Origin: an uncultured virus (IMG/VR IMGVR_UViG_3300049830_000172)
Lineage: Duplodnaviria; Heunggongvirae; Uroviricota; Caudoviricetes
Virus record (IMG/VR): IMGVR_UViG_3300049830_000172
Direction: 5' to 3' (one strand)
Length of the DNA stretch: 60,477 bases
Shown here: one piece after another, positions 33,150 through 45,048 of the stretch
Position numbering within the stretch: position 1 is the first letter of the stretch
Layout of the letters: every line of letters starts with the position of its first letter
Made by a program: the position numbers and the translations under genes
Notes under the pieces: generated by a model
Told to the model about the DNA's origin: nothing
The model's input: only the letters and a program-made list of their open reading frames with translations
Databases searched by the model: none

Positions 33150-34510
33150 TCAATCGTTCTCTTTCTCAGAAGTAATTCGCCAATGCTCTCCATATAAAGA
33201 GGTGAAGATTTCACCAGCTACTTCAGCAGCGAGCACAGAATTTCGATGAGTTACGGTCTCAGAGTCTTCCACCCATGTTCCGTTGTGTAAAACGGTAGCA
33301 GTAAAAATGTATGTGTTCATATCTAACTACCGTTATACATTGCATCATTGAGGAATTAATCCCACCAAACTCGGAACGTTCTGAAGTGGTCAAATGATTT
33401 TTCTTCATAACCAAGCACCTTTTTAGGATTTTCTTTATCCCAAATCGGGCCCCAGGCTTTAACTTCTTTCATGCCCTTGCGAGGATTGAAGTCATCCTTG
33501 GCATTCTTACCAAACATACACCAATGAAGTTCGTCACATCCTGCGCTTCGCTTTAAATCTTTACCAAGTTCAATAGCTTTTTCCATGAACAGATGACTAC
33601 CGCCATCGCTCATGTAGTATTGCTTCAATGAAAGATAAAGAACTGGACTAGATTCGCGTCCGAAATAACATCCTGAGTGGACATCAATAAAGTCTTTGTG
33701 CTTTTCCAGCACTTTGACGACCTTTGTTGCTTCATATTCGTTGTAGCTATCGACCATGCAAAGCATGTCTAACAGCTCTTCGAAATTCTGAGTGGAAACC
33801 AAGCCCTTCAAATCACGAGTTTCCAAGTGTCGCAATGTACCTCGAACTTCAAAGTCGTAGCAACTACCAAACGGTAATGCCACATTAAGGAGTTTTAGCT
33901 CTCGTGGAGTGAGTTGGGATGCTGGGGTTGTGAGGAGCCTTTGAATGCCCCCTTGTACTTTCTTAAGTCGTTCTTGGGGAGTTAATGTCGCCATGTTTGA
34001 TTACGCTAACTCCACAAAGGTTTGAGGAATTTTATTCCATGTTAGGAATGTTGATTCCAAGAATCAAATGCCCTTCATCTAATACGTCGTTATCATCAGT
34101 GGCTCGAAGAATGATTTGTACAGGATAGTATTCATCCATTTCACCATCGTAGATGGAAATATTGCATCCCTTGTCATCTTTTGTAGCAGCTTGAATCAAT
34201 TCTTTGAGAGTTGGATTCTTCCTGCCGTTTTTTGTCGATTTGCCGTTGCTTACTGTTATTACGCCGTCCATAACAGTTTACGCTTCCGCCACTGGAGCGT
34301 GAGGAATTAAATCCCCAAGCGCTTTTTGATTTCTTGTTGTAGTCCTGGGTTGGAGTTGAGCATCTTCATCACCATGTCCGCCGCTTGAGCAGAAGTCTTA
34401 GCGACTCCCACAAGTTGACCGAACTTGCGATATTTAAACCAGACAAAAAGCCCGATTCCGACAACAGTGAGAACACCGCACACCCATCCAGTAATAAAAG
34501 TTCCTATCAT
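33150..34510 (-). other. Hypothetical CDSs
   Basis: 33150-33320 (56 aa), 33356-33994, 34032-34271, 34307-34510 (1 TM). Confidence 0.72.
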
Positions 34511-34546
34511 AGTTCTTTACTCTCCAGCGTTTGGTCGTTGAGGAAT

Positions 34547-35617
34547 TTAATCATCGGAATCCTCGGACTTGAACTTAAGGGCTGTGATTTGGTCACAATC
34601 ATGGTCGTCTCGAATTCCACGATATTTAGGTTGGTAAAGACTTCCGCCCTTGTAAGCGTAGAGATAGGTTACATCGACGCAATCACCAACGTTTGGAGTT
34701 GCATGACCATTGATAGTAACGTTGCCTACTGGAATCATTTTTGTTCCATCAAGAATTCCAACTTGGATGCTTGCCTTGTCGTTAATCTTGAGAACTTGAA
34801 CAGTAACGTCACTCCAAAATTTACACTTCAATTGCGAACCCAATTTTGTCGGCCGGCCTGGTGTATAGACAGAATCCTTGAGCTTGAAGACTACGCCCTC
34901 TTTGTGAGCCAGTTCCTTAACAAGTCTGCGCTTTCCAGCTTCGTCTACTTCACATCGGACAAGCACAAGATTGTTTGGACTGCATTTAGCCATGATTCTC
35001 TTTAAGATATTAAACCTATCCAAACAAGTATCATTTCGCAAGTCATCTCCACCGAGTCGAAGAATATCAAAGACGTGGTAGTTGTTACCAATCATTTCAC
35101 CGTCGATGATAGTCCCTCGAAATACTGAGACACCTTGTTCGATTTCTGAAGGAACTCCGCACTTCAAGCCCTTTCGGTTGGAAGTAGTAACTCCGCCGAC
35201 TTCGCTTTCTGCCATGATTCGCTTACCATCGAGCTTTTCTTGTGCAAGATAGCGGTTGTCGGTGATATAGCGTTCCATTTCGCTTTCTTCAATCGGATTG
35301 AGAAGTTGGGGGAAGAGTCCAGTCGAAACTTTGTCGTTTGGTGACACTGAGCTGATACCAGTAGAAACTGCTACGTTTCCATCAGGCTTATAGCCTTTCG
35401 CTTGTTTCTCGTTTATTAATTTTGAATAAATTAATTTAGCTTTATCCAAATCAACAGGAGAGTTTGTCTTAGTGCCAGTTGAAGTTGCATTTCCTCTTTT
35501 TCCATAACTAAAATTCACAACATACAAAGAATCAGATTGTTCCAGAGTAATATTATACTCTTTGTCAGAATTTGAATCTTTGCAAAATAACGAAATACTT
35601 GCAATAATGGATGCCAT
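34547..35617 (-). CDS. WGR-domain ATP-dependent DNA ligase (minimal)
   Basis: N-terminal SDKEY...YGKRG...KQAKGY (WGR-like); EKLDGKR motif I, IDGE, FDIL, EGVVFK, OB-fold YQPKYRGIRDD. Confidence 0.88.
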   Translation of the reverse strand: MASIIASISLFCKDSNSDKEYNITLEQSDSLYVVNFSYGKRGNATSTGTKTNSPVDLDKAKLIYSKLINEKQAKGYKPDGNVAVSTGISSVSPNDKVSTGLFPQLLNPIEESEMERYITDNRYLAQEKLDGKRIMAESEVGGVTTSNRKGLKCGVPSEIEQGVSVFRGTIIDGEMIGNNYHVFDILRLGGDDLRNDTCLDRFNILKRIMAKCSPNNLVLVRCEVDEAGKRRLVKELAHKEGVVFKLKDSVYTPGRPTKLGSQLKCKFWSDVTVQVLKINDKASIQVGILDGTKMIPVGNVTINGHATPNVGDCVDVTYLYAYKGGSLYQPKYRGIRDDHDCDQITALKFKSEDSDD

Positions 35618-35653
35618 ATGACAATATGTTTCGACAATCTGCAATTGAGGAAA

Positions 35654-36361
35654 TTATTTTGACTGCATATAAGTAGCAGCTTGAATAACCCAAGTTTTAA
35701 AATCATTAACAGCTCTATGTCGTTTCGCGATATTACACCATTTGCAGCAAGGCACACTGTTTTTTACAGAATAACCAAGTTTATTATCAATTCTATCTAC
35801 GCCGTTGTATAAAAAACCACCATTTAAATATCGACCACGAGATGTGTTTGATGGTTTTTCTCCACAATAATAACAATCTTGATTGATTAAAGTAAAAAAC
35901 TGTTTTTCTGTCAATTCAAAAGATAATTTTCTTTGTTTGGCTTGAGTTTTATATGATGTTAACACAGCTCTTTTTGCAGCTTCGAAATGCGTTAATTTAT
36001 TCTTACAACCACAATGCGTTGAACGACCATGAATCAAATCATATTGGGGACGAACAACATCCAAGCCACATTTACATTTACACAACCAAGTAGCAGAACC
36101 TTGGTTGTTTGTACCGTGTCGTTTGATAACTGTTAATAACCCATAGACAGAATTTGATTCTATCTTTTTAACTCTACCGCAACCACAACTTTTCGTTGCA
36201 CCGCTGCGCAAACTTTGACCTGGAATAACAGCATATTCCCCACAATCACACAAACAACTCCAAAAAGCTTGACCATTGCCAGTAAGTTTTGGAGCTATTG
36301 CTCTTTCAATAACAGTAAGCTTTCCAAACCTACTACCTATTAAATCTATTATTGAACTCAT
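35654..36361 (-). mobile_element. Free-standing HNH-type homing endonuclease
   Basis: Two DLIGxRFGKLTV..WxCxCDCG-type repeats; CYYCG; GVDRIDNKLGYSVKNSVPCCKWCN; visibly AT-rich. Confidence 0.8.
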
Positions 36362-36401
36362 AACATCGTATTATTGGATACGAGTTTATTATAGACCTGC
36401 A

Positions 36402-38734
36402 TTAAATTTGAGAAAATGAATTGTCCATTGGTTTAATTTCAATCATGTCATCCTTGGCACACAACCATCCTGCGTAAAACCATGTAAGTGAATCATCTTG
36501 ATTACTTTTAAATAAGTAATGCATCATTGTGGCAGCACGATGCTCTGCATCCAAGTCTTTTAATTTCGAAATTAAAATAGCTATTGGTTCTTGCTGATAG
36601 TTTTTTAAAGCAACCGTATCTGGTCGAGGGTCTAAATGTTTTGCATCATCTTCATTTAACATGATGCCTATTATACCATAATCAGTTAGTGATAGTTACG
36701 CTGCCGCTGATACTTGGTGCTTCGCCTACAGAGAGTCCAGAGACGCTGCCAACAAGTTCATCGAGGTAGTTAGCATCTGTTTGTTCTTGAGCTAGACGAA
36801 CACGTTTTGCAAAAGCTTGGAAATATGGAACAGCAAAGTTCTCGAAATTCGCTTTTACTTTACCTATCTTAGTGCTGCCGTCATCGGTCGAGGTAATAAT
36901 GTTAGAAGTGAGGTCTGAAGTTTTAAACTTGTCCCCTGGGCGACTTTCTGTCAATGATGTCCCAGAATGAGACATCGACCAGACAATTGTCGAAAGCCCA
37001 TCGGCGGAGTTCGTGATGGACGTGATAGTGTAGGCGATTGTAAGTGATGAATCAGGCATAGAGAATGTTTCTATGCCTGATTGTTATGTCCCTACTGTGC
37101 TTAGACAGCAGTGATGTAGATTCGACTGCCGTTTGGCTCAACCTTGAACTTATCGGCGGGGAATTTACCCTTGAGGTGGACTCGAATGTTGTTATATTCG
37201 TCAACAACATACTTCTTGCCGTTGTTCGCGCCGTAAACGTCGCTACCAGAAGTAACGATAATCACGTTAGGGTCAATGACAACTCGAACAGAATCCTTTG
37301 GCTTAAAGCCCGTAGCTCGCATGATGGACGCAGGTACTCGAATTCTTCCAAACTTGTCTTTTGGAACTGCATCGCTTGCATATCGCGCTCGTTTTGCCTT
37401 TTTAGTGCTAGAAATCGAGGTCGTCTTCGTCGTCGTCTGGAACGGCTGATTTGCCACCAGAGGGGTAGTTTGGCCCGACAAGTTGGGGATTGACAGATAT
37501 TGCGGGGTTGAAGTTTCGAAAAAATTTCCGTCGTAATCACCTTCGTCTGTCCCTTGCTCATGATAAACAAGAGCGTTGTTGCCTGAAACAAGCGTGTTGC
37601 TTCGTGTGTAAGAGCCGAACTTGCCATTTTGGTACAGGACGTGTACATGGTCTCGGACTTCTGGGTGTCGAATGTTGGTAGTTGGATTTGCTCGGCGCAA
37701 TAACATCGTAATGTCATAAGCCGTGAACATCAACCCATTTCCCGTTAGCTGTGTTGTTAGTTGTTCTATCTGCGTTTGCATGTTTATTTATCCTTCGATT
37801 GTTGTTGTTTGAGGAAAATTGTTAAGCTCGATGAGGTTAAAGCGAAAATCATTGAACTTGGAATTCAACATTCTGATAAGTGATTCTAAGCCTGTTTCTT
37901 CGATTCTGCCACAAGCGTAGACACCGCCATCAACATCTGTGACTTTCCAGATACTATACCATTCATCAATGTCTAAGTTCTTGATAATGTAGCCTGTGAT
38001 TTTCACAGGTACTGGTGCGTTGCAATAGTCGCCTAAGCAGACAAAGCTTTTGTAAGTCGCGAAATCGTTGAGCGTGTTGTCCATACGGAAACCATACATA
38101 TCCAACTGTTCGTGTTCATCAAGTGTCACACACGTACCGAAAGATTCTTTGCCTTCCATTTTGTATGTGTATCTCGTGGCGTTCTCATCCAACTGTGACA
38201 TCGAACCACCGTTGATTTGACCTCTAACAGTAGACAATCCGTTCATGATGTCTTTGATTGTCGCGCCTTTAATTTTAACTGTGATTTCCATAATATTCTA
38301 TGCGATAGAGGTGTTTTCTTGAGGAATTTTTCCTTCTTTTTTGATGTTTAAATTTGCTTTGAGGAATATCTGAGAGGCTTGTCGTTGTTGAGTCCATTCA
38401 CACCAGATGATTCTTCAAACACATGCAGCAATAAGGCCTTCAGGTTGTGGTCGTAACATCTTTGAGCCGTTCTACTACCGCCCATCCAAGTCCCATATCT
38501 TGCACCATCGACATTACCTTTGAAAATTGGTTTCATGTGAAATATCCAACCACTGATGCAACTGTATGTCATCTTCATTTCCAACTGCTCAATGTTCCAT
38601 GGTTTGTTCGGAACATTCTCGCGCCAAGTCCAGGACTTTGAAAAGAGTGACTTTTTAGCTTGATTTGCTAAGAGGTAGTTAATGTCCATTCTACCATTGG
38701 CAAGACGCATAGTCGAAGTGACTGTTGGTATCAT
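36402..38734 (-). other. Hypothetical CDSs
   Basis: 36402-36662, 36682-37059, 37788-38291, 38348-38734. Confidence 0.7.
37101..37781 (-). CDS. Protein with C-terminal AbrB/MazE-like DNA-binding motif
   Basis: DKFGRIRVPASIMRATGFKPKDSVRV. Confidence 0.55.
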   Translation of the reverse strand: MQTQIEQLTTQLTGNGLMFTAYDITMLLRRANPTTNIRHPEVRDHVHVLYQNGKFGSYTRSNTLVSGNNALVYHEQGTDEGDYDGNFFETSTPQYLSIPNLSGQTTPLVANQPFQTTTKTTSISSTKKAKRARYASDAVPKDKFGRIRVPASIMRATGFKPKDSVRVVIDPNVIIVTSGSDVYGANNGKKYVVDEYNNIRVHLKGKFPADKFKVEPNGSRIYITAV

Positions 38735-38768
38735 AATGACATACATCAGCTAAAATTTAGCTTGAGGA

Positions 38769-40073
38769 TTATTTGAACTCCACCAAGTAGCGAGGGTTGA
38801 TTTGGGCAGTGTTATAAACCACCATCTCATTGTTGCGAAGCGTCGTATAACCGCCACCACGAGCAAACACTGAATCATATCCAGAAACAGGCAATCGCTC
38901 ATTCAATGATTTTGGTTCATACATCTTGCCCATAGCTACGTCATTCCAAAACATGAACGCGAACTGTTCATAGCCACCACGTTGGCCTGGTGCCGTTCCA
39001 GTAGCGTAGTTTAGAGACTTCGTACTTTGGTCAGAGAAATAAGTGCCGTTGCCCAACAATCTACCAGTACAGTGACCAGCATTCGTTGGAGGAATCATAA
39101 ATCCGCTCTTGAGAAGTGAAAGCAAGTTGCCAATTCGAGTTCCATGCCAAAGTTCCATAACATTACCAATCTTTGCACCATGATTTGCATAAGCATTTGC
39201 CATTTTTGTGATTTCGACAGAATAAATCTTATGAATGTTCAAACTTGACGAACTGTGAATACTTTGTCGAGTAGCATTGAAAGCCTTATTCAATTTGTCA
39301 AACACTTTACCATCGTCACAAAGATGTAACGTGGTCTCAAAGAGTTTCGGAGCCACAGGCGCAGGCGAACTGTCCGTAGGCGCACTCAATACCATCTGCA
39401 AACTACCATCAAGCGAATCCAAGAGGTCATTTTGCTTTTGAACTGAATCAAGCGCAGGGAACAAGTCTCGTGGCTTGACGCGCTGTCTGCCAAAGTCTGA
39501 CGGGATAAGTCGCATATACTGATTGATAGCACTTGCAAAACCATGATTACTCCAATCATTAGTAACAACAAAGTTACCAATCTTACTAAGCCAATCTCGC
39601 GCTTCAAGAATCGCATCGGCTGTCACAATACCTAAAGGAGTCTCAAACAGTCCAGTCACCTTATTAAAGGTCATAGTCGTTTGAGAAGTAATATTGTGAA
39701 TGTTCGCGGCCGCTAGTCGCTCAATGAGAGTAATCGTATCCTTAGAGTTGGAGTTGATTTCGCGCTTTGCGATTTCGACAAGGTTCTGCGATTGAACAAT
39801 TCTGCCTTGACCGCTACCAGGAGCCGAATCAAGAGTACGGATTTCGGTGTATCGTTCGTCGGGGTTGGACTTGTTCTTCTTTTCGCTAATCTTCTTATTG
39901 AAAAAAGATTCACCCATACCAGGGAAAGTTTTTGACTGTGCCTTGCCTTCTTCCGCGACACGTCCCCATTTGGTAATACAATCTGAGTTATCGTGAAGTT
40001 CGATTTCCCAAAACTTGTTGTTGTTTCCAGCGATGTTAGCACAAATTCCGCGCCATTTCTTGATTATTGCCAT
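38769..40073 (-). CDS. Poly(ADP-ribose) polymerase-like (WGR + helical + catalytic)
   Basis: NNKFW...KWGRV (WGR); LWHGT, LGNGTYFSD-STKSLNY, NEMVVYN (H-Y-E triad). Confidence 0.92.
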   Translation of the reverse strand: MAIIKKWRGICANIAGNNNKFWEIELHDNSDCITKWGRVAEEGKAQSKTFPGMGESFFNKKISEKKNKSNPDERYTEIRTLDSAPGSGQGRIVQSQNLVEIAKREINSNSKDTITLIERLAAANIHNITSQTTMTFNKVTGLFETPLGIVTADAILEARDWLSKIGNFVVTNDWSNHGFASAINQYMRLIPSDFGRQRVKPRDLFPALDSVQKQNDLLDSLDGSLQMVLSAPTDSSPAPVAPKLFETTLHLCDDGKVFDKLNKAFNATRQSIHSSSSLNIHKIYSVEITKMANAYANHGAKIGNVMELWHGTRIGNLLSLLKSGFMIPPTNAGHCTGRLLGNGTYFSDQSTKSLNYATGTAPGQRGGYEQFAFMFWNDVAMGKMYEPKSLNERLPVSGYDSVFARGGGYTTLRNNEMVVYNTAQINPRYLVEFK

Positions 40074-40177
40074 AGTTTTTCCTTTCGTCTTGAGTCCGCG
40101 CTTTAGGCGGTGATAGACATTGTTAACTATAAGTGTTATACAACATTTATCGCGTTTTCTTACCTATTTACCCGGCA

Positions 40178-42020
40178 TTACGAATCTTTTGAGGATTTTT
40201 CAATTCTACCAAACCAATCTCTCAGGGGTATCATGAATAGATACCAGATGCAGCCAGCGGCAGCACAAATCAGCACCATGCCAAGTACCATAACAGAACA
40301 GAATGCTAATCCGTATACAGCCGACATGAAAATATTCAATGCTGGTATTGGACTTGCCCAGATGAAATAAGTGAATGTAGCCCATAGCATCATCCAACTA
40401 CCAATAAAGCTAATAAATTCTTCTGAAGGGTTCCATTTGGAAAGTTGAGAGAAGAGTAGTTTATAATTCGGAATCATTGTACTATATTACCATTTTTACT
40501 GATACCGATGTCTTGTCTTTCAACATGTTGCATTGTCCGCCCCAACTTGGCGTTTAATAATGCTTGGTCTGGGTCGAGTCCCTCGGCTCCAGCGACACCC
40601 TGAGCATCACCTCGCGTAAAGCCATCGTTTTCAAGTTCTCGGCAACGTCTTTCGTATTCAAGATACTTAATATCAGTGTTATCGCGAGCAAAATCTGCGA
40701 GAAGGCTTTCGTCATCTGTTGGAAGCATATCGTCTGGGTGAATAATAAATACAGTGCTGAGCTGTTCTTGATTCATGATGACATTTGGTTCAGAAAGCTT
40801 AAAAATGTCCCCTTCAGCGGGATGTAGGTCAGTATCAACAAGCATCACACCAAGCTGTTCCTTAATCCATTCAGCAATCTGTTCATCAGTTACATCACCA
40901 AAGACAGGACTGTTCTGGAGATGTTCACATGTAAGGATGACTGCAATTTTGCGCTTAATGAGTGGGATTGACATATTTCTTTACCTATGTATGAACCTGA
41001 GTTGAGGAATTTTACTTAGAGAGTTCTCCAAGAGCTTGCATGGCTTCTGTCATGATTTGTTGATTAGCTCCCATGACTTTTGCAATGTTATTGATTGCGC
41101 GACATTTTGCCTTAACTGATTCGTGTGCATAGTAAGCTTCGAGAGCTTTACCGATAGCTTCAGCACGTGGGCTGCCTGCATGTGCTTCGGGAACTGTGTT
41201 CTTGATAACATTGAGCAGTCTTTGCTCAGGAGATATCTTACGTCGTGCTTTTGGTGCAGTTGCCATGCCAATTTAACATGGCAACTTTATGTTTTGAGGA
41301 ATTACTTCATGAGAGAAGCGAAGTCGTCATATTTGAGAGCAACTTCTGAGAAGCCATTTGAATGACCGTACTCCCATGCCATATCCCAAAGCTTTGGCTC
41401 ATTCTTGTGGTCAGACAACTCATAGAGTTCGGCAAGCATCTTGCGCAAATCAGCACGCGATTTTGCATCGTTTTCCCTATTGCGTTGGCGAGCTTCGTTC
41501 GCTTTCTGTCGCTCAAGCACATTCATATCACGCAAAAGTTTGTTGCCAGTGCTTTCGTAGACGTATTCGAACTCGCCACTTTTGATGCGTTCGAGAGCTA
41601 TTGAGTTAGGAGATTGTTTTGACATTAAAGCTCCTTAGCTAACGGCCATTTATCAGTCAACGTTTCCGTCAATCCTTCGCCAAACCAATCCATAGCCGTC
41701 TTTTCGACACGTTTCTGGGAATCATTTTGACTTGCTTGTTGCAAGAGGTACATTTCCCAGATATTTTTCTTATCCTGGTTAAGAAATACTTCCACACCAA
41801 TTAACATTACGATAGGGTTGAGGATTGAGTCCAGTTGTTGTTCAACTTGCTTTTTATCGTTTTTGTCGAAATCTTTCTCTACAACAAATGAAAGGAGAAA
41901 TTCGGTATATCGCTTGCCAAATGCTTTCCAGTCTTTTCCTTGTTGTTTGTGATTGATAGCGAATGATAAGAAATCGCCTGAACGAAGTATACGGTCTGCA
42001 CCGATGATTGGTAGTTCCAT
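40178..42020 (-). other. Hypothetical CDSs
   Basis: 40178-40477 (TM), 40474-40974, 41012-41266, 41302-41625, 41625-42020. Confidence 0.72.
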
Positions 42021-42022
42021 GT

Positions 42023-42655
42023 CTATATATTCAAAGCAAACATTGCGTTTGAGGAATTTCCTACAAGTCGTTTGTAGTCTGAATCATCTCGATTAGCATA
42101 AATTTTCCATACAGCTAAATCAAGTTCTGCTGGATTGACACCCACCTTATCGACGTACTTCAACCACTCTTCTTCCAACCTTGAATATTCTTTCTTGCTG
42201 CCAGGAGTTGTTGTCGGGACTGTTAAGTTTAAGTATTGACTCATGAACTTTAACAAATGTGTGTCGATGACTGCATGGCGGACATTGCTGCGGTTACAGG
42301 TCATGAAGAATCGCGCAGTTTTTGGCCCGATGCCATGAATGTTCTCTAAATCTTCAACAGTGCAGCTTAATAAATCTATATTGCTGCGAACTAACTCACG
42401 GAAGCAGCACATTAAACGAGTGTATTGTCCGAGTCGAGCATCGCGCAGCTTATCTGCCAATTCTCCAGCAGCATCCATATTGCTAATGATTTCAAAAGGG
42501 GAATCACCGCTGCCAGATTCTAAAAAGTTTTGTAGCAGCTTGATTTGAATGCTGGCTTTCTTTCCAGCCACAACGATACAGAAGAGCAAGCAGTGTTCGA
42601 GTTCGGCAGCAGTTCTATCGAAAAGAATTGGCGCTTGTGGGTTGGTGATTCGCAT
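42023..42655 (-). CDS. HhH-GPD-like DNA glycosylase (Ogg/EndoIII-like)
   Basis: LENIHGIGPKTARFF (HhH with Lys), AVIDTHLL, LDLAVW. Confidence 0.8.
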   Translation of the reverse strand: MRITNPQAPILFDRTAAELEHCLLFCIVVAGKKASIQIKLLQNFLESGSGDSPFEIISNMDAAGELADKLRDARLGQYTRLMCCFRELVRSNIDLLSCTVEDLENIHGIGPKTARFFMTCNRSNVRHAVIDTHLLKFMSQYLNLTVPTTTPGSKKEYSRLEEEWLKYVDKVGVNPAELDLAVWKIYANRDDSDYKRLVGNSSNAMFALNI

Positions 42656-42693
42656 ACTTATATTATCGTGCGAATCACTGACGTTTCGCACAG

Positions 42694-43056
42694 TTAAAAC
42701 GTAATCACCACATTATTCCATTTGCAAGCTCGCTGCATTTGAATAATGATTTCGTCCATTTCTCCCTTGATATCTTCACTGTCGCGCCATCCATCCATCC
42801 AACCTTGGTCAGCTCGAATAGTTTGAAGTCGGTCGTGCAGCCTTGATAAGTGGTCATCGCGTCGAAAAGTATCGTAAACAAAGTTTCTGCCAATCTTAAT
42901 CAAAAGCCAAGCAGCAGCTCGATATTCGTCATAGTGACTTTCGTCCACTGGTCGGTTAAGCAGCTCTTCAATACTGTCTGATACTGGCTGCAACACATTA
43001 CCAAACCAGTCGGCAGCAGTGTCGTTATCGTAAGGTCGTGTTCCCCAGGCACCCAT
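42694..43056 (-). CDS. DUF4259-like protein
   Basis: MGAWGTRPYDNDTAADW N-terminus. Confidence 0.7.
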   Translation of the reverse strand: MGAWGTRPYDNDTAADWFGNVLQPVSDSIEELLNRPVDESHYDEYRAAAWLLIKIGRNFVYDTFRRDDHLSRLHDRLQTIRADQGWMDGWRDSEDIKGEMDEIIIQMQRACKWNNVVITF

Positions 43057-44493
43057 TAGTTCCTCTCGTGGACAACAATATCCATTGAATTGGAATCATA
43101 CAGACCATTGTATTTCCATACATGGTTACCATAGTAAGTGTCATGTTCGTCACTTAACACTTTCTCTTCTGCTTCTTCCTTGCTCGAAGCTTTGACTTGA
43201 ATGCTTTGACTAACATTAGCTAAAGCATTAATAGTTACGATGAATGTTTTGTCCATGTGATTTATACAACATGGACAAATATCGTTGAGGAATTTTAATC
43301 AATCACTTCAACTATTACCCTGAGGCGTTTTCCGCTCAGCTTGCGTAAATCTGTGTGCGCTCGCGATTCATCCCAGCTTTGAATTCGCACGAACATTTCT
43401 GTGCTATCATTTTCTGGGTCGCCATTGTCAACGATGAGTGCCATTCCACCATCTTCCGATGTGAATGTGATTGGTTCTTTGGATTCGAATACTATTCGTT
43501 TGTGTTTGCTCATTTGTCTGGTTCCACGACAACAGTCTTATTGTCTGTTGAAGTAAATAGTTTGCTGTTCTTCATTTCATCGAGATTGACTTTGAAACTT
43601 TCAAGATATACAGTTCCATTTTCATCAATCAAGGCCTCCTTGTCGCCATATTTCCCGCGCAAGTATGAGTAGCGCTGCGGGCGTGACATGGTGATGTCAG
43701 TGAGAAGGAATGCGTTATCAAATCCCTTTGACCCTCGGAACATGAAATTGTGAGTGATGTCACCAATTTGCATATCGAATGTAAACCAGTTGGAGTCATT
43801 AGACATGGCTTGAATGTTTTTTGAACCAGGTGGGAAAGCGTATGCCATATCATTCACTTTATCCCCAGGTGCAGATGGCTCACATCCACATAACACCAAA
43901 ACAGAAAACAGTGGCAATGTTAGCTTTTTCATTACTCCCATGAAAACTTTTTCTCCTTAGTTGTAATGACGCCAGATTTCATCAGTTGGTTCTCGATGTT
44001 ATCGAACGCGCACATTGTTTGTGAATCGCTCATTGTGTATTCTAACACATTGTCTTCGATTTCGTCAAAATCCAATTCATCGTGGATTTCGCTAAGTCTC
44101 TCTTCCGAGACTTTAATGTTATGTTTGTCAAGAACGACTTTTACATCGTCAACTGTTGTTTCCCATGCCATGCTCATGATTCTATACAGTTGCGCACATC
44201 TTGCTTGAGGAATTAGCGATGATATTTTCCACCGTGTACCATCTGTTTCCATCACTGATAACTCGATGATTGTGAAGCACATAAGCATCTCCATCATGAA
44301 TAATCACACCAACGAGTTCAAGTGGTGAAACTTTAAACGCTGGAGCAATTAGCTCGAAATATTCCCACGCTGGCTTTTCAGTCGTTGTTTCGAAATCCAT
44401 TGTATCACCAAAAAATTTGAATGCTTCGAACACTTGTGCCGCTTGCATTAGTTTTGTCTTGGCTACATCTTTCAGGATGATTGTTATTTTCAT
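43056..44493 (-). other. Hypothetical CDSs
   Basis: 43056-43256, 43295-43513, 43510-43932 (lipobox LCG-C), 43932-44177, 44182-44493. Confidence 0.72.
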
Positions 44494-44530
44494 TAGCTTA
44501 ATACTGTATTGATTTGCGCGTTGAGGAATT

Positions 44531-44620
44531 TGGAGCCCCTGACAGGATTCGAACCTGCGATACTCTTTCGAATTCCAATTTACGAAATTGGCGCAATAGA
44601 CCAGGCTATGCGACAGGGGC
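44531..44620 (-). tRNA. tRNA-Thr(CGU) with long variable arm
   Basis: GCCCCTG/CAGGGGC-T-CCA; CCAAT-TTCGTAA-ATTGG; V-arm AATTCGAAAGAGTATC. Confidence 0.9.
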
Positions 44621-45048
44621 ATTGTTTTTAGCGAACCATTCTTCATTAGCTTTCTTTATTCGAGCAGCCTTAGCAATTATATTCTTCTCCATAGTTAAAA
44701 TCATTTTCATTCTTCGTTTAACTTTTGGATTAAGCAGTGCAAGAAGAATTGACATATCAGATTTTAAACTGTTGCACCTTCGACACATAGGAGTGAGATT
44801 GTGAATATCATTCGTGCCGCCTTTGCTGCGAGGTTGAATATGGTCAATTGATTGAGCTAATGCGCCGCAGAATACACAAGGGTCACGGTCGCTGCCACCA
44901 CCTTTTTATGATACTTCTTTTTAATGTGGGCATTAGCACGAGGCATGGAAATCACGACGCACTTGAGGGCTTTTACCCCAATTGTAAAGTGAACATTGCG
45001 TCTTATCCACATTGCGTTCTCTCGCTTTGCCCTTCCGGTAAGCTCCAC
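44606..45048 (-). pseudogene. HNH endonuclease split by a frameshift near 44905
   Basis: Upstream frame ...KKKYHK; the -1 frame continues GGSDRDPCVFCG...IDHIQPRSKGGTNDIHNLTPMCRRCNSLK with no own start. Confidence 0.65.

Noticed and set aside
34385..35005. 206-aa + strand ORF and most other + strand ORFs in the track
   Set aside because: Antisense shadows of well-supported minus-strand genes, with no promoter motif or recognisable domains.
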